A stretch of DNA of 63,767 nucleotides, the filler included, from Octopus bimaculoides (lineage: Eukaryota): the NCBI RefSeq assembly GCF_001194135.2. It is 5 parts of 5 records of this genome, joined end to end, with 100 filler letters (N's around TTAATTAATTAA, not from the genome) between each part and the next. Parts side by side here need not be neighbours in the genome. Positions count along the whole stretch, not along the records: positions 21,799 to 42,989 come from NC_068983.1; 4 more parts are not named here. One strand, 5' to 3'. The number at the start of each line of letters is the position of its first letter. Position 1 is the stretch's first letter. Below, one piece after another: positions 23,668 to 36,312 of the stretch. Position numbers and translations under genes: made by a program. The notes below the pieces were generated by a model. It saw nothing but the letters and a program-made list of their open reading frames with translations, was not told the origin of the DNA and did not search any database.

Positions 23668-24640
23668 CATACATATATGTATATGTATGTATGTATGTAT
23701 GTATGTATATATGTATGTGTATGTATATGTGTATATAATACGCATTTACATATATATATATATATTAGATATGTCTGTGTGTGTATATATATATAGAGAG
23801 AGGGAGACAGATAGATATATACATATAATATATACATATACATACATATATATATATATGTATGTATGTATGTATATGGATATACATACAATATACACAT
23901 ATATACATATACATATATACCCCCCCCCCCGCTCACTCGTTGCACACAACAGCGTGCATAAACACAGAAATACACGCACGCACACATACATATACAACGT
24001 ACATATATAAACATTGCTATATGTGTGTCTTTGTTATTTAGGTTTTATTGAAAAAATATGTCAATGAAATCATTGCATTGGTTTAGTAGACAGAAGTATA
24101 GTAACTACTAATATCTAGCAAAATAAATATAGTTTCTGTTTCCTTACGTAGACAGCGATAGTTACAGTAAACAAAAATATATTGGACTATATTAAAAATG
24201 TACACTGTTTAATATCAATACTTTATGTATACACAGTAGAAATACACCCATACTCATATACAAGATTACCTACTAACTCATACACATACACGCACACAAC
24301 TACGCATACACACTCATGCATACACGCACTCACGCATGCACGCACACCCACACGCGTGCACACTTAGTCTTTAGTCGAAAAACATCTTATTTATTTTGTA
24401 TTCTTATTCTGTTTCCGTTTTTGTTCTTGTTTTTGTACTAGCTTTATGTCTCCATCTTGTCTGTTTTCAGTCATAAACTTTTTTTCTTTGACCTCGGTAC
24501 TTACCAGACAAGCGATACCAACTTTATCCAAGCATCGAAATCGTAATGGCTCTGGATTAAAAGTTGGCTGATGAAAAGTGTTAATCCATGTCTGATTTTT
24601 GTCCTTTCTATCATTCGTCGCACATGTCCTTCACTATCAT

Positions 24641-25029
24641 TGTTGTTGGCACTCCGTCGCTTACGACGTCGAGGGTTCCAGTTGATCCGATCAACGGAAC
24701 AGCCTGCTCGTGAAATTAACGTGCAAGTGGCTGAGCACTCCACAGACACGCGCACCCTTAACGTAGTTCCCGGGGGATATTCAGCGTGACACAGTGTGAC
24801 AAGGCTGACCCTTTGAATTACAGGCACAACAGAAACAGGAAGTAAGAGTGAGAGAAAGTTGTGGTGGAAGAGTACAGCAGGGATCGCCACCACCCCCTGC
24901 CGGAGCCTCGTGGAACTTTAGGTGTTTTCGCTCAATAAACACTCACAACGCCCAGTCTGGGAATCGAAATCGCGATCTTATGACCGCGAGTCCGCTGCCC
25001 TAACCACTGGGCCATTGCGCCTCCACCCA
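24641..25029 (-). mobile_element. tRNA-headed SINE family B, full length with 10-bp TSD
   Basis: TSD TCACTATCAT at 24631-24640 and 25030-25039; near-identical to 37770-38157. Confidence 0.92.
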
Positions 25030-25364
25030 TCACTATCATATTTCATTTCTAACGTACATATTTTAAATTTTGACTGATTTGTTTTCTCCTGTGTGCCTCA
25101 CTCTTTTTCTCTCAGTGTATTTTACCCCCTCTCTCTTTCTCACTACTTCTCATTCGCTCTATTTTGCTCTTTCTCTCTTACTATCTATTTCTTCCTCCTT
25201 TTCGCCCCTTTGTCTCTGTCTCTCATTCTCACTTACTTACCAGCTGCGTGTGCTATCTGCCATTCCTTTGTTTTGGCCCTTTGTCGCGAGATCTGACCAC
25301 ATGTATCTGTTTCTCCTTTTGTAATTTGTACCAACACGAAAGTCATTTTAGATTTTCTGTGCCC

Positions 25365-25585
25365 GTAAGGTGGCGAGCTGGGAGAATCATTGCCGCACTC
25401 GATTAAATGCTTAGTGGCACTTCTTCAGACACCTTGCTTTCTGAGTTCAAATGCCACTGAGGTCAATTTCACGTTTTCCCTTTTCGGGGCTGTTAAAATA
25501 AGTACCAGTTAAACACTGAAGTTAATGGAACCGACTCTCTCTTTCTATTAAAATTTCTGGTGCTGTGCGTAAATTAGAAAGTATT
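25365..25585 (+). mobile_element. SINE family D, diverged
   Basis: gtggcgagctgggagaatc...ttctgagttcaaatgcc..tgaggtcaattt...aaaataagtaccagtt. Confidence 0.65.
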
Positions 25586-26137
25586 TTCCCTCTGGATTAC
25601 TTGTCTTTATTTTAAGTTAAAAGATATCCTTTTCTGTTTATCCCCTATACTTGTTTGTTCTTGATTTCCGTATAAGTTTTATGTTTCGTCTTGTTTGTTT
25701 TTCATTTGTAACAATTGTCTTCGTTTTATTTTGTGTGAATCTTGACGCTTTCCAAACGAACGATTCCAACTTTTTCCAAGTAATGAAATCCTAATGACCC
25801 TCGATAGAAAGTTAGCTGTTGAAATGGTTTATCAATTACTGCCATTACGTCCTTGAGCATTATGCTCATATATATACATGTATATTAAATACATCTATGA
25901 GTGTATGTGTATACATATATATATGTGTGTGTGTGTGTGTGTTTATGTGTATATATATATGTGTGTGTGTTTATATATATACACGTACATATATATACAT
26001 ATAAATGTGTGTGTATATGTATATATATATAGACGTGCGCGCGCACACACACACACACACATACACATACATACACACACACATACAGATATACACACAC
26101 ACATATATATAAATATATCTATATATCTATATATATA

Positions 26138-26213
<76 letters not shown>

Positions 26214-27086
26214 TGTATATATATATATATATATACCACTAAAATTCATACCATACGCTAGTCAAACATGCAATTAGTCGACAGCAATTTGTCGTCGTTT
26301 AATTTTTCCTCAGTCAATTCGTCGTTTGTCAATTCGTCCCCAGGTCAATTCGTCGAGATCATAGGAAAAATGGAAGAACGAATATCTGAATTTAAAAACG
26401 TTTATTTTAAGGTCTGCTGTATTACATATTTATTTTTTCCTAAAATAAGATTGTATGCAATTGTTTTTAGAAAAATAATTTTGGGGTTTGGATTATATTT
26501 CTTCATTACATTTTTTATACGCAGGTTCATATCTCTGTATTTTTTCTTCTGACTTGGATTTCTCCTTGCATAAACTTCTGCAATTTGGTACTAGGAAACC
26601 TTTCCTCACATTTAATCGCATCAATATTTCCAAATATTTGGATGACTAATATTCACTGTGTTTTTCAGTGTGCTGTGGTAGGCTTCTAAATTATTTGTAG
26701 TATGAACAATCCCCGTCATATATCTATCCCCAAACATTCCATATAGGTAATGGAAATGGCGGTTCAAGGCATTGCCTCCTCTAGCCTATTCTTCTAGGTG
26801 ATCCTATATAATTATTTTCAAAATAGGAAACAACTGACTGGAATATCATCATCGTCTACAAGTTGTTCATATCCATGTACATCATCATCAACCGGCAGGA
26901 AAGCAAGGGCAACAAACACCACATTTTAAAACTAAAACTGTCGTCTTCATGATATTTACATTTTAGTCCTTCTTGCACAACATGCTCGTACATATTTTGT
27001 CCTAAATAAAGCAAGCAGCATGCCAAATGACACAGGAAACGATTCCAGAAATCCGTTATGAGTTGCTTTTTCGAAATCCATAATTA

Positions 27087-27164
27087 CAGCCTTGGCCAAA
27101 ATACAGCCTTGGCAGGTATGAAAAAACAGAGAATATGATTGAAACTCATTTATTTCATAAGTGA

Positions 27165-27225
<61 letters not shown>

Positions 27226-28659
27226 GTAATAATAATATACGTTTTGAGTATATTCCATCAATAAATAATATTTGATGTGTCTTCCTTTTGCTTTTATAAC
27301 CGCTTTTATGCGTTTTTGCATGCTTGAGACTAAGTTGACACAATTGGTTGGCTCAATTTTCTGCCACTCTTAATGAATTTTGGCTGTTAATTCACTTTTT
27401 GAAGAACATTCGTGCACCTTCACTCGTGCCCAAGTGTGACCACAAACGCTCAATGGGGCTGAGATCTGGAAATTGGGGTGGGAGCATTCCATCAACCTCA
27501 CCCCTTACTCCTCAAACCAACCCATTGAGACTCTGGATGTGTGATATGGAGCATTGTCTTGTTGGAAGATTACACCATCTGGTATGTTATTGAAAATTTA
27601 TCCTAAGGAAGGTTGATAAACTTGGTCTAACATGCTAGTGCAAGTGTTGGAATTCATTCTGCCATCACAAGTGAACAAAATTCCTGGGCCTGAAGACGAC
27701 ATGCAACCCCAAACCATTACGCTACCACCTCCTCCAGATTTGATTGTTGGAACAACACATCTCAGATCATAAGTTTCCCTAACTCTTCGATGAGCATAAA
27801 CAACTCCAGGGGTTCCGAAGATCTGAGTAAAAATACAAATTTTACTGATTATTTTTGGTATCCAATAAAAAATGTGTACAAGCGTAATACTAATATGGAG
27901 AACCTACCTCAAAGTTGCTTTCATCGGACCAAACAACATTAGCCCAATCATCATCAGTCCAATCTTCATGCTTTTTTGCCCAAGATAATCGCTTCTTGTT
28001 CACCTCAGACAACAACGTTTTCTTTCTAACCTTACATCCTTTTAAGCCCAGATTCTAATAACCTTCTCACTGTGAGAATTGATATCTCTTTGTTGCTCTC
28101 CGAAACTCAGCAGCTACGGCAGAAGAGGATTTTTTTTACTGTTTGCCAGAGATGTTCTCTTCAGTAACCTGTCTTCCCTCAAGGTTGTACACTTTTTGCG
28201 ACCTTGACCATCACGGTTTTTGAAAGAATTGGTCTCATTGTACCTTTTAATGGTTGTTTGGACACCGTTTCAAGAGTATTTCAATTTTCTTACAATTTTG
28301 ACTTGGGATAATCTTTCTCTGAACAATGCAATGATTTGAGCTCCTTGAGCTTCAGAAATCTGTTTCTTCGGAGACATTTTCAACAAGGATTAATCACTGC
28401 TAAGTTAGCAATAAGATATTCACTGTAAAAATAGGAAAAAAATGTTAATATCACACATTGAATGGCAGAAAATTGCCCCAACCACTTATGCAAAAATATG
28501 CAAAAACGCATTAAAGCGGTTATACAAGCAAAACGAAAAAATATAAAGTACTAATTATTGATGGGATATACTCAAGAATGTTTGTTCTATTGCTTTCAGT
28601 TATGTGTTTTAATCATATTCTATTTTTCCATACCCGCCCCATAATGTTGGTCAAGGCTC
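27087..28659 (-). mobile_element. Tc1-family (DD34E) transposon with long (about 200 bp) TIRs, inserted at TA
   Basis: Left end TA|CAGCCTTGGCCAAAA; right end TTGGTCAAGGCTC|CA; 27087-27375 is inverted-homologous to 28458-28659. Confidence 0.85.
27265..28377 (-). pseudogene. Tc1 transposase pseudogene with an 85-bp GT-AG intron (27823-27907)
   Basis: MSPKKQISEAQGAQIIAL...WANVVWSDESNFE|IFGTPG...SVMVWGCMS...FQQDNAPYHTS...PDLSPIERLW...MQKRIKAVIKAKG; stops and frameshifts present. Confidence 0.85.
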
Positions 28660-29811
28660 CATATTATCAGGTCCCTCATTCTGCTGTAATTCATTTATTT
28701 TGGGAAAAAGTCTACTATATGTGACTAGTTTTTTGTCAGAGAGCAATGCGAACAATCGTGGGCATTAAAATTATCAATTTGAATGTGAAGTATATATAAC
28801 TGAAAAAATATGCTAGAACAGCATTTAAATGTTCCATCTGCTGTTTTAACTGTCGAAGTGCTTTGTCACTTACAAATATTGGTATTCATTTTGAATCTTC
28901 CTTTCCGCTGTCATACTGTAAAAACGATTCATCATTGTCAAGGTAAGAGTATTCACTTGGAATGGAAGACCCAACATTTGTAAGTGGGGTGGCAGGATAG
29001 CTGGAATCAGCTTGCCTCCAGCGTCTAATATTTCTATTAAGCTGTGCAAATGGAAGTATCTGCGACAACGTACAGTCGTTTAAATTCTGAACTTCACTAG
29101 CGATAATTGAGCGAGGAGCATCATGAGATGAAATAGATTTTACTTCAATATTTGAAACTATTGTCCTTGCATTTACCTCTGCAGCAGTTGAAGCGTGATT
29201 ATGGATCCTAATCTTCTTAAGCTCTTTATAATTTTCATCTGTATGAAGTCTCACCTTCCACACACGATTTTCGCACCTTCAGTACATCTTCAATCCATCT
29301 GCATTCTGCTTATTTTTTTATGTATATATAATTTTCTTGATCGACCACTTTGATTTTTCCTTTCTCTGAAGTTATGATCTTGCAGGTAGTCATGTTGATG
29401 GGTAGGCGTATTGAATAAATTTAATTCGATTTAGTTGAAAATCTTTGTTCGTAAACTGTTCGGTGCAGATACTCAAGAGAGAGAGGGGGGGGAGGAGAGG
29501 AAAAAATATCTAAAACTGTCCAACGACAATTTTAATTCTAAAGTGATTGTTCTGAACTTTCCCTCGAAAATTACATTTAAGAGTATTTGGAGACCAATTG
29601 GCCAGCGACTAATTGACCTGGGGATGAATTGACCGACGACAAATTGACCGGGGACACATTAACCGTCGATGAAATAACCGAAGACGAATTGTCCTCGCAC
29701 CGTAATTTATAACATTATAAGACAAAAATTTCAGAATAGAATCGTTGATCTTGGATATATATATATATGGAATATGATAAGGCTGGCAGTGGGAATTACT
29801 GATACAATTCA

Positions 29812-29915
29812 TTTTTGCCAGCTGAGTGGACGCGAGTAACGTGAAATAGAGTATTTTGCTCAGGGTCATAATGTACCGCTAGGAATCGAACTCAAGACCT
29901 TATAATCGTTAACCG
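29812..29915 (-). mobile_element. CORE-like SINE family C fragment
   Basis: tttttgccagctgagtggac...acgtgaaatagagtattttgctcag. Confidence 0.7.
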
Positions 29916-30094
29916 CTTTCGCTCAAATATAACACTGACTTCACTGTCCTACCAATCACCAATTCTTTAGACGGTAGAATGAATTTGGAGAGAATTGAGC
30001 TGCCATTTTTAGCACTTTGATCGTCGAAACACTCCTTCACTTGTCCACAGTCCTCTGTTAATTCTTTTATATTTAATTTTTGTTAGCTATCATC

Positions 30095-30456
30095 TGTTTT
30101 TACTTTTTTCAGTCATTTTACTGCGGCCATGCTAGTGCACTGCCTTGATGGGTTTTAGTCGAACAAATCGACTCAGGACTTTTGAGCCTAGTACTTATTC
30201 TATCGGTCTCTTTTGCCGAACTGCTAATGTTACAAGGACGCAAACACACCAACTCCAGAAGACAAACACAAAATCTCACACACACAAAGATACATATACG
30301 ACAAGCTTCTTTCAGTTTTCGTCTACCAAATCCACTCACAAAGCTTTGGTCGGTCCGAGGATATAGGGAAAAACACTTACCCAAGGTTCAATGCAGTAAA
30401 ACTGAACCCGGAACGCTGTGGTTGTGAACCAAGTTTCTTACCACACAGCCACACCT
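30095..30456 (-). mobile_element. SINE family A, near full length (a second 5' fragment follows at about 30460-30570)
   Basis: Similarity to 50293-50718. Confidence 0.85.
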
Positions 30457-30921
30457 GAACGGGCTACTTTCAGTTTCGACTACCAAATCCACTAACGGAA
30501 AGTGCCGCGCAGTGGGATTGGATCCAAGACGATATGGTTGATAAGTAAGCTTCTTAACACACATCCATGCCTGGGAAAACCATTTTTTCAGCGAAGTTGC
30601 CTTTAACTAAATTTCTAAAGAAAAAATTAGGCACATTGATCGATCTTGTATTTCTAAACTCAGTAAAAAAATGTAATTGTTTTTACTTTTGTTGTTGTTT
30701 ACTTCGCAGAGAGAATCTTTTGAATGATGTTGGATTAAGAAGTAGAATGTGGGCAGAAAAACGCAAAAGAAACGTGATAAATGCAGTAGGGAGAGAGAAT
30801 TTTTTTAGAATTGAGACGAAGAGAATTGAGCAGAGAAAACGATAGAGCGACAGAGAGAGAGCGGTCAGTGAGAGAGAGAGAGAGAAAGAGAAGCCGAGAA
30901 CAAGAGAAGAAAAGGTAAGAC

Positions 30922-30959
<38 letters not shown>

Positions 30960-31291
30960 GATAAATACAGAAAGAAAGAAAGAAAGAAAACAGGAAGAAA
31001 GAAAAGAGAAAGAAAGAAGGAAAGATGGGAATAAACGAAGAAAAAGAGACAAAAATGAGTGGGGAAATGCGTTGAGAATATGGGTTGAAGAAGAGATGGA
31101 GTAAGGCGCAGAAACTGATGAGCGAAAAATAAAAAAGATCGCGAAATATCTTGAAAGATCGGTGAAAAAGAGAGAATGTGACGAAGACGAGAAAATTTCA
31201 ATATTCCAAGAGAAATAGAAATAAAGCTTTGTATGTATACACCAGGATAACTGTCTATCTGTATCTCAGTCTCTCTCTTTCTCTCTCCCTA

Positions 31292-31332
<41 letters not shown>

Positions 31333-31887
31333 NNNNNNNNNNTGTGTTTGTGTGTGTTTGTGTGTGTGCGTGTGCGCGTGTGTGTGCGTGCGTGCATTCG
31401 TGCGTGTCTGTGTGTGTGTGTGTGTGTGTGTGCGTGCGCGTGCGTTTGTGTGTGTGTGTCTTTGTGTCAGTGTTTACGTAGCATAGCGGCTTGTCCAAAG
31501 CCACCGATAGAATAAGTATCCAGGCTTAAAAAAAAATTAATGAGTGGAGTCGATTCGTTTGACTAAACCCCTTCGAGGCGGTGCCCGAACATGACTGTAG
31601 TCACATGACTAAAACAAGTAAAAAATAAACGATAAATTACATATACATAGTTACATACATGCATGTATCCGTAGATAGACAGAAAGTGACGCGCAAAATG
31701 TTACAATTTTAGTTTACCTAAGCAACAGTTGAATTTTTTTTTTAAAGATGGAATATAAGATATTGAGGAACGATTGGTAAACGTCATAAATGAACATGGA
31801 TCATACTTTAATTAAATAAATCAGTTCTCTAATACTTCTGAAACATTTTATTGCTACCTTTCAAATACGACATTTCATGTGAAACAA

Positions 31888-31961
<74 letters not shown>

Positions 31962-32149
31962 TTATATATTTACTTCGTCATTATATTCACTGCGGTGATA
32001 TTTCTGACCATATCGCACGAAGAGTTTTTAGGTGGACAATTCAAACTGGTCGTGTGCATACGTGCATATATATGCATATACACATTTGTATATGGAAGTA
32101 TATCGTATGTTGAATATATATATTTGTATTTATGTGCTTTTCTGAGTAT

Positions 32150-32207
32150 ATTCCTCTGATGAGGCAAAGCATTTCTTATGCAGAGCCAGAAATCCGGGAT
32201 CTGGAAT
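32150..32207 (+). ncRNA. Type-I hammerhead ribozyme candidate (distinct family)
   Basis: ATTCC-T-CTGATGA-GGC aaa GCAT ttctt ATGC aga GCC-A-GAAA-TC cgg GA-TC-T-GGAAT; all three helices can be drawn. Confidence 0.6.
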
Positions 32208-33060
32208 TATCCAGTAATTTTTTGCTAGTTTATTTTGTCTCTTCGTCTTCTCTCCTGGTGCTATTGTGCATGTGTGTGTGTGTGTGTGCAAGTGCATGTG
32301 TAGTATTAAGTCATCATTTATCATATAGAATGTTTTTTTTTCAATTTTCAACATAGTTCCTTGTTATTGTAACACTGTCACACCTACAAGATATTTTAAA
32401 AAAAACTTCAGTACAAGACTTTCCTAATTTTGAGCTCCATTTCTTAAAGCTCTGTTTACTGGCATATACATGATCTGCTCTTTTGTAGGGGATGAGTCAA
32501 ACCTTTCATCTGACACTGTATGTCAGATAGAAGCAATACACTGTGTTAGATAGTTGATGTTGTTATTTTGTAATTGTAGGTTATTTTCTTTAGTAGTGCT
32601 GGGAGTGAGCTTTGAGTTGGTGGTTGTGGTTGGGTCTGAAATTGTCGGAATGTTATTTTGCTTCTATAGAGTTAATGGAGAAAAACCTGTCTTGAAAAAA
32701 GCAGCTTTGCAAAGAGGATCCTCGATGATAGATGACTATAGGAAATATATGAGAACATGATTGTTATGTTGTTCCTTTCAGTAAGCAGCTGTTATGTTAT
32801 CAGTGCAAAAGCCAGTGATAAAAGATTGAATGTCAGTCTGGTGATAAGAGATTCTGCATTGATTTTGTTGATTCTGTTTAGATTTACTGCAAGTATGGGT
32901 AAAATAGAAAGCCAAAAAAAAAAGAAAAGAAGGAATTGAATGAAAGAAAATAAGGGTGTGTGTAGGTTTAATGCAATGTTATATATGCACTGCTTGGTCA
33001 TATGGATGTTTCTTCTTCTTCTTCGTGCACAAATGCGTATGTGTGTGTGTGTGTGTTGTA

Positions 33061-33096
<36 letters not shown>

Positions 33097-33223
33097 TGTG
33101 TGTGACCATTAGAGTTTTTACGCATTGAGAAAATACATCCATGTTATTTCGTTTTAGTCCTGTCATATGTATCTCAAACACAAAGTGTATAATATATATA
33201 TATAGTGGTATTTTTATATAATC

Positions 33224-33380
33224 TTAAAGCGATCACCGTGCAATGACTAAGGGAAATAGTCTAATAACGGACCCCTCGACAGAAAAAGTAGAAGGCTTTC
33301 CTATCCGCGTGGGATATGAACCTACATCTCTTTATTTACGCGACAAAGTGTGTTATCTTTACACCAGCGGATTAGCCTCC
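33224..33380 (-). mobile_element. tRNA-headed SINE (family G), with partial second copy at about 33540-33636
   Basis: Minus strand ggaggctaatccgctggtgtaaag...gtaggttcatatcccacgcggataggaaagcc; the gcgatcaccgtgca.tgactaagg segment is duplicated. Confidence 0.55.
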
Positions 33381-33727
33381 TTGTTTCTTTCAAATTTAAG
33401 AACTATATTAGTTCGCGTTTTTTTTAAATGTAAACAAACTTTCTATATGCTTTCGGTGCGAATGGTTTTGTTATACGGTGCCGTATTTTACAATCCTGTA
33501 AATAATAATAATGGTATTTTTATACAAGCCTACAGCTTATGGCGATCACCGTGCATTGACTAAGGAAAATAGTTTAATAAAGGGGAATATAAGCTTTCGA
33601 CACAAAAAATTAGGCTTTCCTATCTGCGTGGGATATATATACACATGTTTGTGAATGTGTGTGTGTGCATGTATGTGTATATGTATATATATGCACCTGA
33701 GCACTGTATACAACAATTTTTGTCATA

Positions 33728-33779
<52 letters not shown>

Positions 33780-33799
33780 TCAATAGGTTCTCTCTCATC

Positions 33800-34000
33800 A
33801 GGGGGTTAACAAAGAGTACCTTGTGAACATTTTGAGGGAGTTGAGGAAGAGATTTCGTCGCAAAAGGCCAGATCTTTTCCACCTGGACACCTTCACTTTG
33901 ATGCATTTCCGTGGGGCCTTCACAAAGTCCCTGGAGTGCTACAATACGTGCATTGAAATCAGAGGATCCTACTTTGAAGGAGATTAGAGTTTTCTATTTC
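33800..34000 (+). mobile_element. Mariner transposase remnant with internal deletion
   Basis: VNKEYLVNILRELRKRFRRKRPDLF joined to ECYNTCIEIRGSYFEGD*. Confidence 0.65.
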
Positions 34001-35582
34001 TTTGAAATCTAAGCTTCCTCCTGAAAATGTCACACAAGTCTTATGCCCAACAATAGCTACAAGTCTTGAATAAGTATACATTCCCATTTCACTGTGAGAG
34101 AGTGAGAGAATTAGTGTCTTCTAATATCTCCATTAAATCCAACCAACAAATAAGGGGAGACAAATTCAAAGATATTTCATAGTTTTTTTCAAGAGCTTGT
34201 AACAGACCCATCAAATTATTAGCACCAAGTATTTCAGGAATTGATTATTTTACAGATCTGACGATTGCCTTCCTGCTTCCCTGTTTGAACTGCCTATTAA
34301 AATTTTTTTCTGATAATTCTGTTTCCAACCACAAAAACCAGAATTAATCGTCATCCTAATAGAATTATGAACTTTTAACTTCCCTCGGGTTTCACTCCTT
34401 GCCATGATTGCTGCATTCCTCTCTCTTCTTACTGAGATTCATGCTTTTCATACTTTCTCTCACTTTTCTTTATCAGTATTTTCACATTCCCTCTTTTCTG
34501 TCTCTCTCTCCTTCTCTTTGGCTCTGTCTGTCTGTCTTCCCGTCTGTCTGTCTGCCTTTCTGTCTGTCTGCCTGGCTGTCTCTTTCTCAACTTCTCTCCT
34601 CTTTTATACTTCCAAACATACCTCCCCATCACTTTCTTCATCCTCATCCTATACATCACTATTTCTCTGCTTTTCTTTATTTCCCTTCCTTCTTTCTTTC
34701 GTTTTTTTTTCTTTGGTATTTCAATCAATGTTTCTCTTTTTCATCAAACCATTGTTCTTTGTGTCTCTTTTCTTCACAATACTCATTGTTTTTCGATCCT
34801 CTACTTCCTATGATTTTTCCTTTGTTGTCCGATCTATTTTAAAACTTCAACCACAGAACACCTGCACATTTCTTATTAAAACTAACATATATAGATATAG
34901 GTATGTGTGTGTGTGTATGTGTGTGTGTGTGTGTGTGTATGTGTGCGTGCGCGCGTATTATGTATGTATATGTATACGTATATGAGCATGAATGTATGTG
35001 TCTGGGTTGGGTGTTTATGGTTTATGCATATACATATATTTGTAAATTCCGTTCTATATTTATATCTATTTGTATGTATGTACATACATATATACATAGA
35101 TACATTATATNNNNNNNNNNNNNNNNNNNNNNNNNNNNNNNNNNNNNNNNNNNNNNNNNNNNNNNNNNNNNNNNNNNNNNNNNNNNNNNNNNNNNNNNNN
35201 NNNNNNNNNNNNNNNNNNNNNNNNNNNNNNNNNNNNNNNNNNNNNNNNNNNNNNNNNNNNNNNNNNNNNNNNNNNNNNNNNNNNNNNNNNNNNNNNNNNN
35301 NNNNNNNNNNNNNNNNNNNNNNNNNNNNNNNNNNNNNNNNNNNNNNNNNNNNNNNNNNNNNNNNNNNNNNNNNNNNNNNNNNNNNNNNNNNNNNNNNNNN
35401 NNNNNNNNNNNNNNNNNNNNNNNNNNNNNNNNNNNNNNNNNNNNNNNNNNNNNNNNNNNNNNNNNNNNNNNNNNNNNNNNNNNNNNNNNNNNNNNNNNNN
35501 NNNNNNNNNNNNNNNNNNNNNNNNNNNNNCGTTGCTGCAGATTTGAACGTAAATATGATAATCGCTGTTGCGCTTCGTCATT

Positions 35583-35852
35583 GGAGAACAACTTCTCCTT
35601 TCAGATGAATGTGAGTTCGTAACACACTCGATTCACTAACGTAAGAGGACTCTGAGGCACCCAATTTTTTGACACTGTTGTGTGTCATCAGTCAAAGGCA
35701 CCCCGGTTTAATGAATCTAACAAGAGAACGTGAAGATAACAATTACTGATGAGACATAATGATATTGAAACACCTTGTGCCCCAGAGTCTCCTTACGCTA
35801 ATGAATCGAGTGTATTACGAACACACATTCATCTGAAGAAAAGTTGTTCTCC
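35583..35852. repeat. Fold-back element (76-78 bp arms, about 85% identical), probable MITE
   Basis: GGAGAACAACTT...GACTCTGAGGCAC versus GTGCCCCAGAGTC...AAGTTGTTCTCC. Confidence 0.8.
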
Positions 35853-36173
35853 TTTGTCAAAACTCAACAACGATTAGCATATTCTCGTTCGAACCTGCCG
35901 AAACATATTAAGAATGAGTATGCAAGTCGTCGTTTTGATACTTGCTGTTCACCATGTACATGATGATTTATTATGTTTATTTGAATGTGTTGGATACAAA
36001 AGCTGGTATGAATCGAGTAGCTGTTTATCAGTTTACTCTCATACCAGTCCCATTTTGAAAAACATTGAAAAGTCCTTCCCAGCCTTAGGACCATAAATCT
36101 GGTTTCCCGGATTCTGTGACGTATGCCCCCCCCCCTTTTTTGACAGGACGCCGGCCTGTAGCAGGATTACTCA

Positions 36174-36312
36174 TGTTTGCCAGCTGAGTGAACTAGAGCT
36201 ACGTGAAATGAAGTGTTTTGCTCAAGATCACAACACATTGCCGGTCTGGGAATCAAAGCCGCAATTTTACGATCAATAGTGCAACACTCCCAACTACTAA
36301 TTCACACGCCTC
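36174..36312 (-). mobile_element. CORE-like SINE fragment
   Basis: gtttgccagctgagtgaactagagctacgtgaaatgaagtgttttgctcaagatcac. Confidence 0.65.

Larger units (their letters stand above)
26270..29705 (-). mobile_element. Mutator-like (MULE) DNA transposon with FLYWCH-type N-terminus, decayed, interrupted by a Tc1 element
   Basis: ATG 29393: MTTCKIITSEKGKIKVVDQENYIY...Y*RCENRVWKVRLHT...HNH; DGTFKCC...FQLYILH...ALL; IMDFEKATHNGF; YFENNYIG; TTNNLEAYH...HPNIWK; inverted termini built from (g)gtcaatt(c/t)gtc subrepeats. Confidence 0.85.

Noticed and set aside
31108-31125. CTGATGAGCGAAA
   Set aside because: No room for helix II and no helix I or III; chance match in purine-rich sequence.
35746-35775. 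CTGATGA...GAAAC inside the fold-back spacer
   Set aside because: Helix II does not pair and there is no NUH with a matching helix III.
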